Part shown: one piece after another, positions 30,356 to 40,279 of the stretch
Position numbering within the stretch: the stretch's first letter is position 1
How the letters are laid out: the number at the start of each line of letters is the position of its first letter
From: an uncultured bacterium
GTDB lineage: Bacteria > Babelota > Babeliae > Babelales > JABCYS01
Assembly (NCBI GenBank): GCA_963705705.1
Contig: CAVPKK010000006.1
Span: 128,578-192,577 of the forward strand
Length of the DNA: 64,000 nt
Reading direction: 5' to 3'
Translations under genes and position numbers: made by a program
Notes under the pieces: generated by a model
Told to the model about the DNA's origin: nothing
The model's input: the letters and a program-made list of their open reading frames with translations, nothing else
Database searches by the model: none

Positions 30356-30455
30356 TAAGGGTCCGTTCGCTTTACCCCATCCTAAAGGACGGGGACCCCA
30401 GAATTCCCTAACACCCCTCCCGTCTCTCTCGAGAGGGAATATCCCTCTCACTCCC
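30356..30455 (-). repeat. Family D element with nested family E insert (30372-30403)
   Basis: taagggtccgttcgct[ttaccccatcctaaaggacggggaccccagaa]ttccctaacacccctccc...gagaggg...ccctctcactccc. Confidence 0.7.
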
Positions 30456-30594
30456 ATTTTTCTCAGATTATCTAGCAATATCCATTATCTTATGCGATTA
30501 AAATTATTCGGGATTGAGTCATGGAGCGCGAAGATGGCTTCATCGCGCCTATTCTAATTTTGGAACAATAAAGAGTTAAAACTCAAGAGTCAGG

Positions 30595-32067
30595 TTAAAT
30601 CTGCGGATGTTTTGTATGCCACGGTGTTATTTGTTCGTATGCATATGCAGTTTGGAACAGCAACTCTTCGCTCAGATGTGGTCCCATAAGTTGGAAGCCA
30701 ACTGGCAAATTGTCTTTTGTAAAACCACATGGTAAGGCAATCGCTGGCGCTCCGGTCAAATTTGCGGGGCATGTGAAATAATCTTGCAGATCCATTTGTA
30801 ATGGATTTTCAGCAAATTCGCCAAGTTTAAATGCGGGAGCTGCAGATACAGGCAAAAGCAATACATCAATGTGCTTAAACATGTCCATCAGTTCTCGTTG
30901 CATTAAGGCGCGAACCTTACAAGCATTACCGTAAAACTCAGCAGCATGTCCAGCAGAAAGTACATAATTTCCAATTAAAATACGACGCTGAACTTGATCG
31001 CCAAATCCATCGCGGCGTGAATTGCAGTATAAATCATTCAATGTATTTGCTTGTTTTGAGCGATACCCATAACGCACGCCATCATAGCGCGCCAAATTCG
31101 AGGCTGCCTCAGCACGACTGATTATGAAATAAACTGCAGCTGAGTAATCAAAACTTGGAATTTTTACATGCTCAATGTGAGCACCAAGTTTTTTGTATTC
31201 GGCAATACTATTTTCGATAAGTTGCAAAACTTCTGGATCCATTCCATCCGCATACAATGCATTATCGACCACACCGATTTTGAGTCCCGGTTTAATCTTG
31301 CCTGTCAGCGCGGCTGTATAATCTTTTTGTTGCACTGGCTGACTCGTTGCATCTTTAGGATCATGGCCAGCGATTGCCGAAAGAACTATGGCATTATCTT
31401 TCACCGTTCGTGTATTGATGCCGACTTGATCCAGTGACGAACCATAGGCAATAACGCCATAGCGAGAAACTAAATCATACGTTGGCTTGCTACCAACGAT
31501 ACCGCAAAATGCTGCCGGCTGGCGAACAGAGCCACCAGTTTCTGTGCCTAATGCGAAAGGAACAAAACCTGCAGCCACGGATGCCGCTGAACCACCACCT
31601 GATCCGCCTGGCACGCGAGTGGTATCCCACGGATTATAAGTTGGGTGATAGGAGGAATATTCGGTTGAGCTGCCCATAGCAAACTCATCGCAATTAGCGC
31701 GGCCGACCAATAATGCGCCTGCTTTTTTGAGGCGTCTAATTACCGTCGCATCATAAGTGGCACGATAATTTTTTAATATTTGCGAACCAGCTGAAGCGAT
31801 GCGGCCTGCTTGGCAGATATTGTCTTTTATCAAGCCAGGGATATGTGCAAGGTGCCCAGATGCCGCTTCTTGTTTAGCAAGGATAGATTTATCATCAAAT
31901 AGCTCGAGTGATGATTTAATTTTCTGATCATGCTGTGCAAAACGATCCAATGTATGGCGAAGCAGTTCGGCCGGTGAAATCTCTTTTTTCTGCAACTTTT
32001 CTTGCAGTTCTGAGATAGTGGCAAATGATAAATTATCTGATGAAGCTATTGGGTTGTGCGAAGACAT
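30595..32067 (-). CDS. gatA: Asp/Glu-tRNA amidotransferase subunit A
   Basis: [44 protein letters not shown]; exact start uncertain. Confidence 0.95.
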   Translation of the reverse strand: MSSHNPIASSDNLSFATISELQEKLQKKEISPAELLRHTLDRFAQHDQKIKSSLELFDDKSILAKQEAASGHLAHIPGLIKDNICQAGRIASAGSQILKNYRATYDATVIRRLKKAGALLVGRANCDEFAMGSSTEYSSYHPTYNPWDTTRVPGGSGGGSAASVAAGFVPFALGTETGGSVRQPAAFCGIVGSKPTYDLVSRYGVIAYGSSLDQVGINTRTVKDNAIVLSAIAGHDPKDATSQPVQQKDYTAALTGKIKPGLKIGVVDNALYADGMDPEVLQLIENSIAEYKKLGAHIEHVKIPSFDYSAAVYFIISRAEAASNLARYDGVRYGYRSKQANTLNDLYCNSRRDGFGDQVQRRILIGNYVLSAGHAAEFYGNACKVRALMQRELMDMFKHIDVLLLPVSAAPAFKLGEFAENPLQMDLQDYFTCPANLTGAPAIALPCGFTKDNLPVGFQLMGPHLSEELLFQTAYAYEQITPWHTKHPQI

Positions 32068-32127
32068 TTCTGCGACTTTCATATTCAATTCTCAATTATT
32101 CAAGCCAGGCCTGAGACAAAGCCTAGC

Positions 32128-32208
32128 CGCGCTCATCCTGAGTTAATCGCCCCTCGATACATTTTTGCTTTGCAAAAACACTCGGGGTGAGCGGGCGATA
32201 GTAGCGCG
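32128..32208. repeat. Composite family A element (one copy nested in an oppositely oriented copy)
   Basis: cgcgctcatcctgagtt-aatcgcccctcgatacatttttgctttgcaaaaacactcggggtgagcgggcgata-gtagcgcg. Confidence 0.8.
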
Positions 32209-32233
32209 AAGATGATATGCGCAAACTTATCGT

Positions 32234-32542
32234 TTATTTGTTCTCAATAATAGCCGGGACAACAAATAGATCCTGAATGCGTTCCGGGGCTTGCGCAAGC
32301 AATGGCTGCGGATCAGTTTTAACCGGTTGATCATCACGCATCACATTGGCCAATATAGTATATGGTCCACCGGCAGCTGGAAAGGCTTCTTCCTTAATAC
32401 TAGCTGCAATATCGGAAACACGGGCGGCATAGCTTAAAACGCTGTCTATATCAGCCGCCAGGCTTGGTAATTCATCGTCATTTACGGCAATATTGGAAAG
32501 CTTTGCAAGCTTGCGGAGTTCATCAATAGTAATTTTTGCCAT
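32234..32542 (-). CDS. gatC: Asp/Glu-tRNA amidotransferase subunit C
   Basis: ITIDELRKLAKLS...NVMRDD...LAQAP...FVVPAII; upstream of gatA. Confidence 0.9.
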   Translation of the reverse strand: MAKITIDELRKLAKLSNIAVNDDELPSLAADIDSVLSYAARVSDIAASIKEEAFPAAGGPYTILANVMRDDQPVKTDPQPLLAQAPERIQDLFVVPAIIENK

Positions 32543-32670
32543 TGGCTTTTCCTACATCATTAGAAATATAAGGGTATAAGTATTCAAGAAGCATGAAAAA
32601 ATGTAAATCCAGGGGTTGCAAAAATAGCTGCCGTTCATTAACCTGATCGCTCTTAATAACCACCTTTCTA

Positions 32671-33087
32671 ATGAATAAAGGAACATCCGTGAAAATAATG
32701 CAATCTATGCTTATTCTAACGCTTGCAGCTGCTACAACCGGCTCAGCTTTACAAGCAACTCAATTTACTGCCATGCAAAAAACTGTTGCATTTGGCAAAG
32801 GTGTAGGGCTTGCAGGTCTAGGTTTTGTACTTTTTGGTAAAGGCCTTGATGCGATGAGCACGGTTACACAAAAGTTGGTAGCTCCAGGTGTTGAATCAAT
32901 TAGACGCTCAGCCCCATATCAAAATACAATCGGACGGCTATTCAGAAAACCATCAGCAAAATCAAAAATTTCTGACTTGCCAAAAGATTTCAAGAAAAAT
33001 TTATACATTCTAGCCGGCATTTCCGGATCAATTCTCCTCACGCCTTATCTCACTGATGTTAAGTCGTGGCTTGTTGTCGGCGCGTAA
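32671..33087 (+). CDS. Hypothetical exported/membrane protein
   Basis: Signal-like N-terminus and hydrophobic segments; start may be GTG at 32689. Confidence 0.6.
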   Translation: MNKGTSVKIMQSMLILTLAAATTGSALQATQFTAMQKTVAFGKGVGLAGLGFVLFGKGLDAMSTVTQKLVAPGVESIRRSAPYQNTIGRLFRKPSAKSKISDLPKDFKKNLYILAGISGSILLTPYLTDVKSWLVVGA

Positions 33088-33111
33088 TAATAGAAAAACA
33101 AAGGATTAATT

Positions 33112-33480
33112 ATGAATAACATGTTAAAACTAATCGTACTCGGCTCGTCAATGTTGGCTTTGCCAATGCAAGCAGCCGTTACTAAAACTACGGCACAGAA
33201 ACAAAAATCTGAAACAACCATGGAGCGACTCAAAGCCGCTATACCTGCTATAGCAAAGGTTGCAGTATATGGAACAGCAAGTTCTATTGCTTTAGAGTAC
33301 TCGCTGAAAAACTTTAAGGTTTTGATGGGCCGTGAAGGCGAAGCATATAGCCAGATAAGAAAGATGTGCTATCACTCGCTTGGACCAATCGTAGCCGCGA
33401 TGGTATACGAACTTTTCGCTAAAGAAGCGCCAGAAACTGAGGAATATGAATTAGTTACTACGCTGAAAAAGAAAAACTAA
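33112..33480 (+). CDS. Hypothetical exported/membrane protein
   Basis: AAGGA RBS, signal peptide ending PMQA. Confidence 0.65.
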   Translation: MNNMLKLIVLGSSMLALPMQAAVTKTTAQKQKSETTMERLKAAIPAIAKVAVYGTASSIALEYSLKNFKVLMGREGEAYSQIRKMCYHSLGPIVAAMVYELFAKEAPETEEYELVTTLKKKN

Positions 33481-33501
33481 ACATTTTTCAATGTTAATTT
33501 T

Positions 33502-33529
33502 AAAGGGCTGCCTCGTGCGGCCCTTTTTT
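33502..33529. terminator. Bidirectional intrinsic terminator
   Basis: AAAGGGCTGC-CTCGT-GCGGCCCTTTTTT between convergent genes. Confidence 0.7.
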
Positions 33530-34229
33530 ATTGCTCAATAATTTGCGCGTCCCACGTTGTAGGACTGCCCGATTTATAGGTAGGCCTGATTAACCTAAAG
33601 AAATGGTTTACCTGCAGCAAGCGGAAGGCAGCTCGAATAGGATCATAATCTTCATTGATATAGATATCGGGCAACTCCAATTGCGGATCATTAGTTGTTA
33701 GGGTAATTCCCTCGGGGACATGCACATCATGAGGATTAGCAAACAAAACGATAGCATTTGTGGGAATTATATTATCTGTCAACGATGCTTGGGTGACCTG
33801 CCAATAAAATAGTTTTGTTTCATTATCTTGCTGCCGTTCGATATGATATACCTTGGCCGCAGCCTGAGGCAATAAATCCCAATGATGCACGGTACGCCCA
33901 AGCATAATAATTGGTTCAATCTGTTTGGTTATGATGTAATAGAATGATGGTTTTACATGCTTTCGTGGGAAAATGATGCCACCATCATACGGCGATGAAG
34001 CCTCAACAAAACCAGCATAGGTAGCAAATACCCCGCCAACGGGATGTGAATGCAAGGGCGTTCTTAATATTTGCCGAATTGCATGGGTGGATGATTCTTT
34101 CATTAACTGATGTTCATCAACATGCTCGGCCAATAGCGGATATGATCGCAAAAAGAAGATAATGCGATTCTGCGCCGAAAGTTGGCTGACGAAGGAAATA
34201 AAGGTCATGCAAAATAAGATTCTCTTCAT
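33528..34229 (-). CDS. Hypothetical exported protein
   Basis: Signal peptide MKRILFCMTFISFVSQLSA; 233-aa ORF. Confidence 0.7.
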   Translation of the reverse strand: MKRILFCMTFISFVSQLSAQNRIIFFLRSYPLLAEHVDEHQLMKESSTHAIRQILRTPLHSHPVGGVFATYAGFVEASSPYDGGIIFPRKHVKPSFYYIITKQIEPIIMLGRTVHHWDLLPQAAAKVYHIERQQDNETKLFYWQVTQASLTDNIIPTNAIVLFANPHDVHVPEGITLTTNDPQLELPDIYINEDYDPIRAAFRLLQVNHFFRLIRPTYKSGSPTTWDAQIIEQ

Positions 34230-34262
34230 TATTACAATCCATGCGGTTCTCAGCCATAAGAT

Positions 34263-34297
34263 CCGCTCGTCCTGAGCCTGTCGAAGGATACGAGTGG
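34263..34297 (-). repeat. Family A element (35-bp core)
   Basis: ccgctcgtcctgagcctgtcgaaggatacgagtgg; exact reverse complement of the copy inside sbcC (60225-60259). Confidence 0.95.
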
Positions 34298-34409
34298 CAT
34301 AGCGGGTTACATATGTTAATCTTGTCGATGGCTAGGAACGGGTTTAGACTCTTAGTTACTATACAAAAATCTTGTCGGTTCCCGCTAGAGTTTTAAGAAA
34401 AGATAAACT

Positions 34410-35066
34410 ATGACAACAAAATTAAGTCCTGAGCACTGGGAGAAGTTCCAACGGGAAGCAAACCTGGTCCCATCGCAGACAACTCAATTCAAGACATATC
34501 TTGATCTTCTGTTAACACGAAACCAAGAGATAGATTTGACTGCGATAACCGAACCAGACAAGGTGTTGGCCTACCATTTTCTCGATTCTTTGGCCGCTGA
34601 CCAAATCTTAGATATGTCTAAGGTTACTAGCTTGGCCGATATTGGGACCGGAGCCGGCTTTCCAGCATTGCCGCTCAAGATTAAATACCCACATATCAAG
34701 ATGGTATTAATTGAAGTGACTCATAAACGGATTGTCTTCTTGGAAGAGTTGATCAAAAAATTGGAAATGAAAGATATAGAGATATGCGCTGTTGATTGGC
34801 GCACCTTCCTACGCAAAACCAGTTATCCCATCGATCTATTTGTTACCCGAGCAGCGCTTGAACCAGCCGAACTTTTGCGCATGTATAAACCGGCAAGTCC
34901 GTATAATACTGCGGAATTACTCTATTGGGCTAGCAAGGAATGGCACGCTGGTGAAATGGAACAGCACTATCTCAAAGCTGAATATCAATACAAAGTCGGT
35001 GAACGGCAAAGGAAATTGGTCTTATTTACTTCTTCTGGCCAAACTGGTCTTCATACAAACGCTTAA
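34410..35066 (+). CDS. rsmG: 16S rRNA m7G527 methyltransferase RsmG
   Basis: LTAITE, HFLDSL, DIGTGAGFP, VTRA. Confidence 0.92.
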   Translation: MTTKLSPEHWEKFQREANLVPSQTTQFKTYLDLLLTRNQEIDLTAITEPDKVLAYHFLDSLAADQILDMSKVTSLADIGTGAGFPALPLKIKYPHIKMVLIEVTHKRIVFLEELIKKLEMKDIEICAVDWRTFLRKTSYPIDLFVTRAALEPAELLRMYKPASPYNTAELLYWASKEWHAGEMEQHYLKAEYQYKVGERQRKLVLFTSSGQTGLHTNA

Positions 35067-36774
35067 TTTCCTGAATGGTCGTTGCATCAGTCGCTGATTT
35101 ATCTGGGCGGTATTCCAAAAAGCGAGGAAAGCGCAGCGCATATCCTAAATGTTGTTCGGTTTTGCCGGCAGTATGAAGAGGGGAAAGCGTAATCTCATCA
35201 GCTTTTAATGCGCCAACAAGTACAGGAGAAACCCATACATCTGGATACAACTCTTTAGCACATATAACATTAACAGGGCGAGTAGCAACCTTAAGCTTGT
35301 CACATTTCGCCTTCAGCTCTTTCCAACCCGCATCGGTTAACCCAGAACCAACCTTTGCGATAGTTTCAAACGCATCTTTTTTTGGATTATATACACCAAC
35401 CAAAAATGCGCCGATACCAAATTCTGCTCGCTTACCACTACCCGAATAATAACCAAGGATGACACAATCGATGGTATCCTCTAAATGACCGTAGACTTCG
35501 CGTTTTAACTTAATCCAATTAAAGTTTCGTTTGCCAGCTTCATAATGAGCAGACGGTTTTTTAACCATGATGCCTTCAAGGCCAGCATCTATATTTTGCA
35601 AAAAATAGTCTTCAATATCCTGTGCACTATGCATAACTTTCTGTTCAATGAGCACAAAGGTATTACCTTTATATCCTTTAAGTACCTCCTTGAGTGCATT
35701 ATGGCGTGCATCATGCGCCTTGGGCATAAGGTCTACGCCATCTACGTTCAATGCCGCAAATAAATAGACGCGCAATGGAAATTCTGAAATCGCTTCTTCG
35801 ATACCATGCTTTCTTTTGCGTTTCACGGTTTCTTGAAATGGGAGCATGCGGCCTGTATTTTCATCGTAGGCGACTGTCTCACCCTCCATAATCAAGGTAT
35901 GGAAATTAAGCTTTTTCACTTCGCTTACAATATCCGGAAACATATACGTCATATCCAAGAGATTGCGCGAGAATAAATGAACTTCCGTATGGCTACCTTC
36001 TTTTTTTGCGTGAATTTGCAGCCGAAATCCATCAACCTTTGGTTCTGCTGCACAGCCATCGCCCAATTTCTCAAAGATGGCCTTCGCATTTGGTAAACGT
36101 TCAGCCGCCGCCGGACGGATTGGGATTCCTACCGTAACCTTCATATGCTCAACTGCTTTGATACCCTTTTCCTTCAATGTTTGAGCAATGAGGCCGATAT
36201 CGGCTGAAATATTATATGCGTGCTCAATTACCTTGCTCAGTGATTTATCGCCCTTTTCCATCCATGATAATGCATCGATGATGGTCATATCAGAAAAACC
36301 AAGCCTTAAAATCCCTAATATGATCCGAACAATATATTTTGCTGAAAGGGGATCTACCTCTTTAAGTAGCTTGACCGCTGAAGATATTTTTTCTTCTTGC
36401 GAACCGGTGCCTGAGATCTTTTCCAATGCGCACAGGCTGTCATAGACTTTAGTAACCGATAAATGGTCCTTATGCTTCCAGGCTGCATTATCCAAAACAG
36501 ATCCGATATCACCCTTTTCTTTGGCATGTTTTGCCACGGTTTCTTCTGATTCCTGAGTAAGCTGCGCTATCACTTTAATAAGATTTTTTTCAGCAAAGTT
36601 GAACTGGCTGCCTTTGTATGGCGGACGAAGTAAACCTAGTGATAGATTGCAAATGATACCGGCTTCTTCAGGTGAAGCTTGTTTGAGCAAATCGGCAAGA
36701 TGACGGGTAATAGCGGTTCTGGACGACAAAGCATTTATTTCTTCAAAAGTCTTAGCAACTACAAAAAAATCCAT
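35026..36774 (-). CDS. ATP-dependent DNA ligase (N-terminal DNA-binding, adenylation and OB domains)
   Basis: EPKVDGFR (motif I KxDG), EGIMVK, WIKLK, KVGSGLTD, LRFPRF...RPDK. Confidence 0.93.
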   Translation of the reverse strand: MDFFVVAKTFEEINALSSRTAITRHLADLLKQASPEEAGIICNLSLGLLRPPYKGSQFNFAEKNLIKVIAQLTQESEETVAKHAKEKGDIGSVLDNAAWKHKDHLSVTKVYDSLCALEKISGTGSQEEKISSAVKLLKEVDPLSAKYIVRIILGILRLGFSDMTIIDALSWMEKGDKSLSKVIEHAYNISADIGLIAQTLKEKGIKAVEHMKVTVGIPIRPAAAERLPNAKAIFEKLGDGCAAEPKVDGFRLQIHAKKEGSHTEVHLFSRNLLDMTYMFPDIVSEVKKLNFHTLIMEGETVAYDENTGRMLPFQETVKRKRKHGIEEAISEFPLRVYLFAALNVDGVDLMPKAHDARHNALKEVLKGYKGNTFVLIEQKVMHSAQDIEDYFLQNIDAGLEGIMVKKPSAHYEAGKRNFNWIKLKREVYGHLEDTIDCVILGYYSGSGKRAEFGIGAFLVGVYNPKKDAFETIAKVGSGLTDAGWKELKAKCDKLKVATRPVNVICAKELYPDVWVSPVLVGALKADEITLSPLHTAGKTEQHLGYALRFPRFLEYRPDKSATDATTIQEIKRLYEDQFGQKK

Positions 36775-36828
36775 TATTTTTTCTTCCAAGATAAAAACCC
36801 GCCCTAAATTTTTTAAAAATAGCGCAGG

Positions 36829-37389
36829 TTAGGCAAAGGTACAATTTTTGATGAAGGATCGGTAATAGTTTATAGCCGACCAGATGGTAAGAATAACTGC
36901 AATAGTTAATAACGCAGTCGCAGATAAGTACCAATGGCCCTCAAGGTTGGCCGGAGCCGCTATTACGAGGGTTACATATGCAACCTGCGCCACTGTTTTA
37001 GATTTGCCGAGCCAGGAGACGGGAAGTTGGCAATGTTGCTCAAGAGCTAACTGCCGTAATCCCATAACAAAGAATTCCCGACCAATAAAAAGCAAAACAA
37101 CGAAGAGATTTACACGTTGTGCAGCCAACAGCGCAATAAGTGTTGGAAAGACCAGAAATTTATCAGCAATAGGATCTAAGGTGCGACCTAATTGTGTAAC
37201 TTGGCCCAATTTTCTGGCCAAATAGCCATCTAAAAAATCAGTGAAAGCTAGAAAAACAAAGAAACCTGCCAGGGCACCATCGATGATTGATGATTGTAAT
37301 GGTAGAAAAAAAACTAAAAGAACTGGTAAGACAATGGGGGAAACGATAAGGCGTATTAATGTGAGAATTATCGGTAAGGTCAATTGCAT
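36829..37389 (-). CDS. pgsA: CDP-diacylglycerol--glycerol-3-phosphate 3-phosphatidyltransferase
   Basis: TDFLDGYLAR...GRTLDPIADK, REFFVMGLR, GKSKTVAQ. Confidence 0.9.
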   Translation of the reverse strand: MQLTLPIILTLIRLIVSPIVLPVLLVFFLPLQSSIIDGALAGFFVFLAFTDFLDGYLARKLGQVTQLGRTLDPIADKFLVFPTLIALLAAQRVNLFVVLLFIGREFFVMGLRQLALEQHCQLPVSWLGKSKTVAQVAYVTLVIAAPANLEGHWYLSATALLTIAVILTIWSAINYYRSFIKNCTFA

Positions 37390-37420
37390 ATTTTCTTGCC
37401 TTGAGTCCAGTTGTGAACCC

Positions 37421-37497
37421 TGGTGGCGACGCAGGGACTTGAACCCCGGACCTACGGATTATGATTCCGCCGCTCTAACCAGCTGAGCTACGTCGCC
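37421..37497 (-). tRNA. tRNA-Met (CAT), elongator type
   Basis: GGCGACG/CGTCGCC acceptor stem with paired 1:72, CAT anticodon, encoded CCA. Confidence 0.9.
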
Positions 37498-37618
37498 TAA
37501 AATTTATAAATTTCGAATCACTGTGGCCTTCGGCCGCGCATCCGCCTACGCTGTTGCTTGATGCAACTCATTTACGTTCCAATGAGCTTCGTCGAGATTT
37601 CGCCGGACTTTGTCCAGC

Positions 37619-39175
37619 TCAAAACTTCAATGCATGAACACCAATGCGATTGGTGAAATTAAACAGTGATCGTAAGAAGAACAACCCCGTAACAAGGGTG
37701 GTTACAATACCAACAATCATGGTTAATGCAAAGCCCTGAATTGGCCCTGAACCAAATTTAAACAGTACCACGTCCATAATAAAGTGGGTCGCATTCGCAT
37801 CCAAAATGACCGAAAGCGCACCCTTAAATCCGGTATCCACTGCCTGCTTGAACGCAACACCCTGGCGCAGTTCATCTTTAATACGTTCGTAAATCAAAAT
37901 TGAAGCATCGATTGCCATACCAAGTGTAAGTACCAAACCAGCTATACCAGGTAAGGTTAATGTGCCACCGAAGTAGGAAAACAACACCAGCGTTAAAATT
38001 AAGTTATAAATCAGGGTAATGAATGCAAACAAACCAGGAATTTTGTAATAGCCAACACAGAAGAGGAATAATAAACCGAGGCCAACAAGGCATGCCAAAA
38101 TTCCCTGACGAATTGCTTGGGCTCCTAATGCAGGACCGATGGTTCGTTCTTCGTCAAATTTCACGGGCGCAGAATATGCACCGGATTTGAGGAGATCAGA
38201 AAGATCTTTCGCCTTTTCGAGTGTGAAATTGCCAGAGATTTGTCCGCTTGCACCAATTTCTGATTGCAGCACCGGCGCACTAATTACTTCATTATCAAGC
38301 ACGATAGCCAGTCTCTTGCCAATATTTCGTCGAGAAAGTTCTTTAAATTTGCGGCCGCCTTCTGGGCTCAGCTCAAATTGAACTACTACATCACCGTATT
38401 CACCAAGGCCAGGTTTTGCATTGCGCAGCATTTTCCCAGTAACTTCTACATGGCGTGGTACCAAATAGTATTTGTCTTCGGCGCCGGAACGACCAGCGAG
38501 AATACGCATGCCTTCCGGTAATACATCGCCATATTGTTCTAAGAGCTCTTCTTGGCTATTTCCAGTTGCCTGCACTAAGGCAAATTCAAGCATAGCTGTT
38601 TTGCCAATCATGGCTTTAGCTTTTTCCGGATCTTGAATATTTGGAAGCTCAACCAATATATTGCGTTCGCCTTGAGCAGCAACAGTTACTTCACTGACTG
38701 AGAATTTGTTGAGACGCGATTCAAGCACGTGAATATCGCCTTCGATCGCGGCATGCTTAATAAAGTTTTCTTCGGCGGTGGTAAACGCAAGAGTTATTTG
38801 TTCTTGTTTTTGCTCAACAGTCAACGTGCGTTCACGATCTTTAATTAATTCGGCTGCTGCTCGCGCTGCTGCCGTGTTGGCAAAAGTTAAAATGGCATTC
38901 TTTTTTTCTGTTTTGATAGAAGCTGGTGCTTCAATTTGTGCTCGCGCTAATTCTTCCTTGAGCGATTGTGCTCGCTCGTAAATAGAATCTTCAATTGCTT
39001 TATCGGTATCAACAATTAAAGAGATGTACGTCCCTCCAACGAGATCAACCCCAAAGCGTAATGGCATTGGCCGATTTGATGAAATGAATAGCGGCGACAA
39101 ATACCACAGGCATGCCGCGGCGCCAACAAGCCAAAATATTAGCGGGGAAAGTAATAGGGACTGAGTTTTTTGCAT
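37619..39175 (-). CDS. secD: Protein translocase subunit SecD
   Basis: GVDLVGG, LAIVLDNEVISAP, TIGPALG, LTLPGIAG, GMAIDASILIYERIKDE, GPIQGFA. Confidence 0.95.
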   Translation of the reverse strand: MQKTQSLLLSPLIFWLVGAAACLWYLSPLFISSNRPMPLRFGVDLVGGTYISLIVDTDKAIEDSIYERAQSLKEELARAQIEAPASIKTEKKNAILTFANTAAARAAAELIKDRERTLTVEQKQEQITLAFTTAEENFIKHAAIEGDIHVLESRLNKFSVSEVTVAAQGERNILVELPNIQDPEKAKAMIGKTAMLEFALVQATGNSQEELLEQYGDVLPEGMRILAGRSGAEDKYYLVPRHVEVTGKMLRNAKPGLGEYGDVVVQFELSPEGGRKFKELSRRNIGKRLAIVLDNEVISAPVLQSEIGASGQISGNFTLEKAKDLSDLLKSGAYSAPVKFDEERTIGPALGAQAIRQGILACLVGLGLLFLFCVGYYKIPGLFAFITLIYNLILTLVLFSYFGGTLTLPGIAGLVLTLGMAIDASILIYERIKDELRQGVAFKQAVDTGFKGALSVILDANATHFIMDVVLFKFGSGPIQGFALTMIVGIVTTLVTGLFFLRSLFNFTNRIGVHALKF

Positions 39176-39251
39176 GACGTAAATCTCCGAATTTCGGTTT
39201 AGGACCAGTGCGTATGAAGCACATTATTGCACAATAAGTCCAGGTTCATCC

Positions 39252-39337
39252 TGGTACCAGGGAGGGGACTTGAACCCCTACAGGCTTTCGCCCACAGCCA
39301 CCTCAAGGCTGCGTGTCTGCCATTCCACCACCCCGGT
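39252..39337 (-). tRNA. tRNA-Leu (GAG)
   Basis: Class II tRNA with long variable arm (GGGCGAAAGCCT), CAGCC-TT GAG GT-GGCTG anticodon arm, encoded CCA. Confidence 0.95.
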
Positions 39338-39447
39338 AATGTTAAAAGCGGGCGTAAATATAGCAAAAATAGCTATGGACTGAAAGGGCTGCACAATAAC
39401 AATGCTCGAGATCGAATCGCTGAATGGCGATAAAGCATCGAACAATA

Positions 39448-39858
39448 CTACTTTTGAAATGGGTTTATAATTCTGCACATCTTTTCTATCACATGATTAT
39501 GATGCAGATCTTCCGAGTATAAAATTGCACATTCAGCTTCAAGGGCAGAAGCAAGCATAAGACTGTCAAAATATGAATAGCGATATTTCTCCGCTAGCAC
39601 GAGAGCTTTTTGTATAACTGTTTGGTCAATCGATTTGATGGTGAAAAAAGAGTATAAATCGTCAATAATTTCGGACGCTTCTTTATTGTTTAACATCTTT
39701 TTGCGGGTAGTAACATTTACGAATTCATTGATTGTTTGCGTGCTTAATATTGTTGCATGAGAAAAGAGAAGGTTCCGAGCAAGCGCTAGTTTTTTAGGCT
39801 CATCAATTGAATATGCATAAATAATGATGTTGCTATCGATAAAAACTTTATCGGGCAT
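39448..39858 (-). CDS. PIN-domain (VapC-like) toxin
   Basis: FIDSNIIIY, STQTINE, YFDSLMLASA, LYSED. Confidence 0.9.
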   Translation of the reverse strand: MPDKVFIDSNIIIYAYSIDEPKKLALARNLLFSHATILSTQTINEFVNVTTRKKMLNNKEASEIIDDLYSFFTIKSIDQTVIQKALVLAEKYRYSYFDSLMLASALEAECAILYSEDLHHNHVIEKMCRIINPFQK

Positions 39859-40066
39859 TAGCTTCTTCTCGGCTGAATTTAAACCCTTTAGTCTTTATCT
39901 TAGGTGCTCCCAAAGCATGCGTTTTACGTGGAGCTTGCTTCCGAGAGACCGGTGTTCCTTGAAGAATAATTACGCGGAATTCATCTTGTAACTGAGCCTG
40001 AATTTCCTTGGGGATCTTAATCATTCCTTTTGCAGCCTTTTTCCCTACACACTCGAGAGCTTCCAT
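39848..40066 (-). CDS. Putative antitoxin
   Basis: 72 aa, overlaps the PIN gene start by 11 nt, ends FKFSREEANAR, AAGGA RBS. Confidence 0.75.
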   Translation of the reverse strand: MEALECVGKKAAKGMIKIPKEIQAQLQDEFRVIILQGTPVSRKQAPRKTHALGAPKIKTKGFKFSREEANAR

Positions 40067-40279
40067 AGGTATCCTTTTTAAAATGTAGTTTATGATTTTT
40101 TTAGTGTACTTGAATGAGAAAAGGTAAACAATAGTCTATAACTATGTGGTAGGTTCACCGTGCTGATAACAGTATTGGTAATTTGCTAAATTTATGAATT
40201 CGGCAAACTTTCATGATCCGACAAACATATTACATGTTTGTCCTGAGCATGCGAGCGGCAGCTTTTAGTACAAATTACA

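Noticed and set aside
30215..30557. ORFs 30215-30478 and 30342-30557
   Set aside because: They are read-throughs of family A, D and E repeats (PLVSFDRLRTSG, LPHPKGRGPQ), not credible genes.
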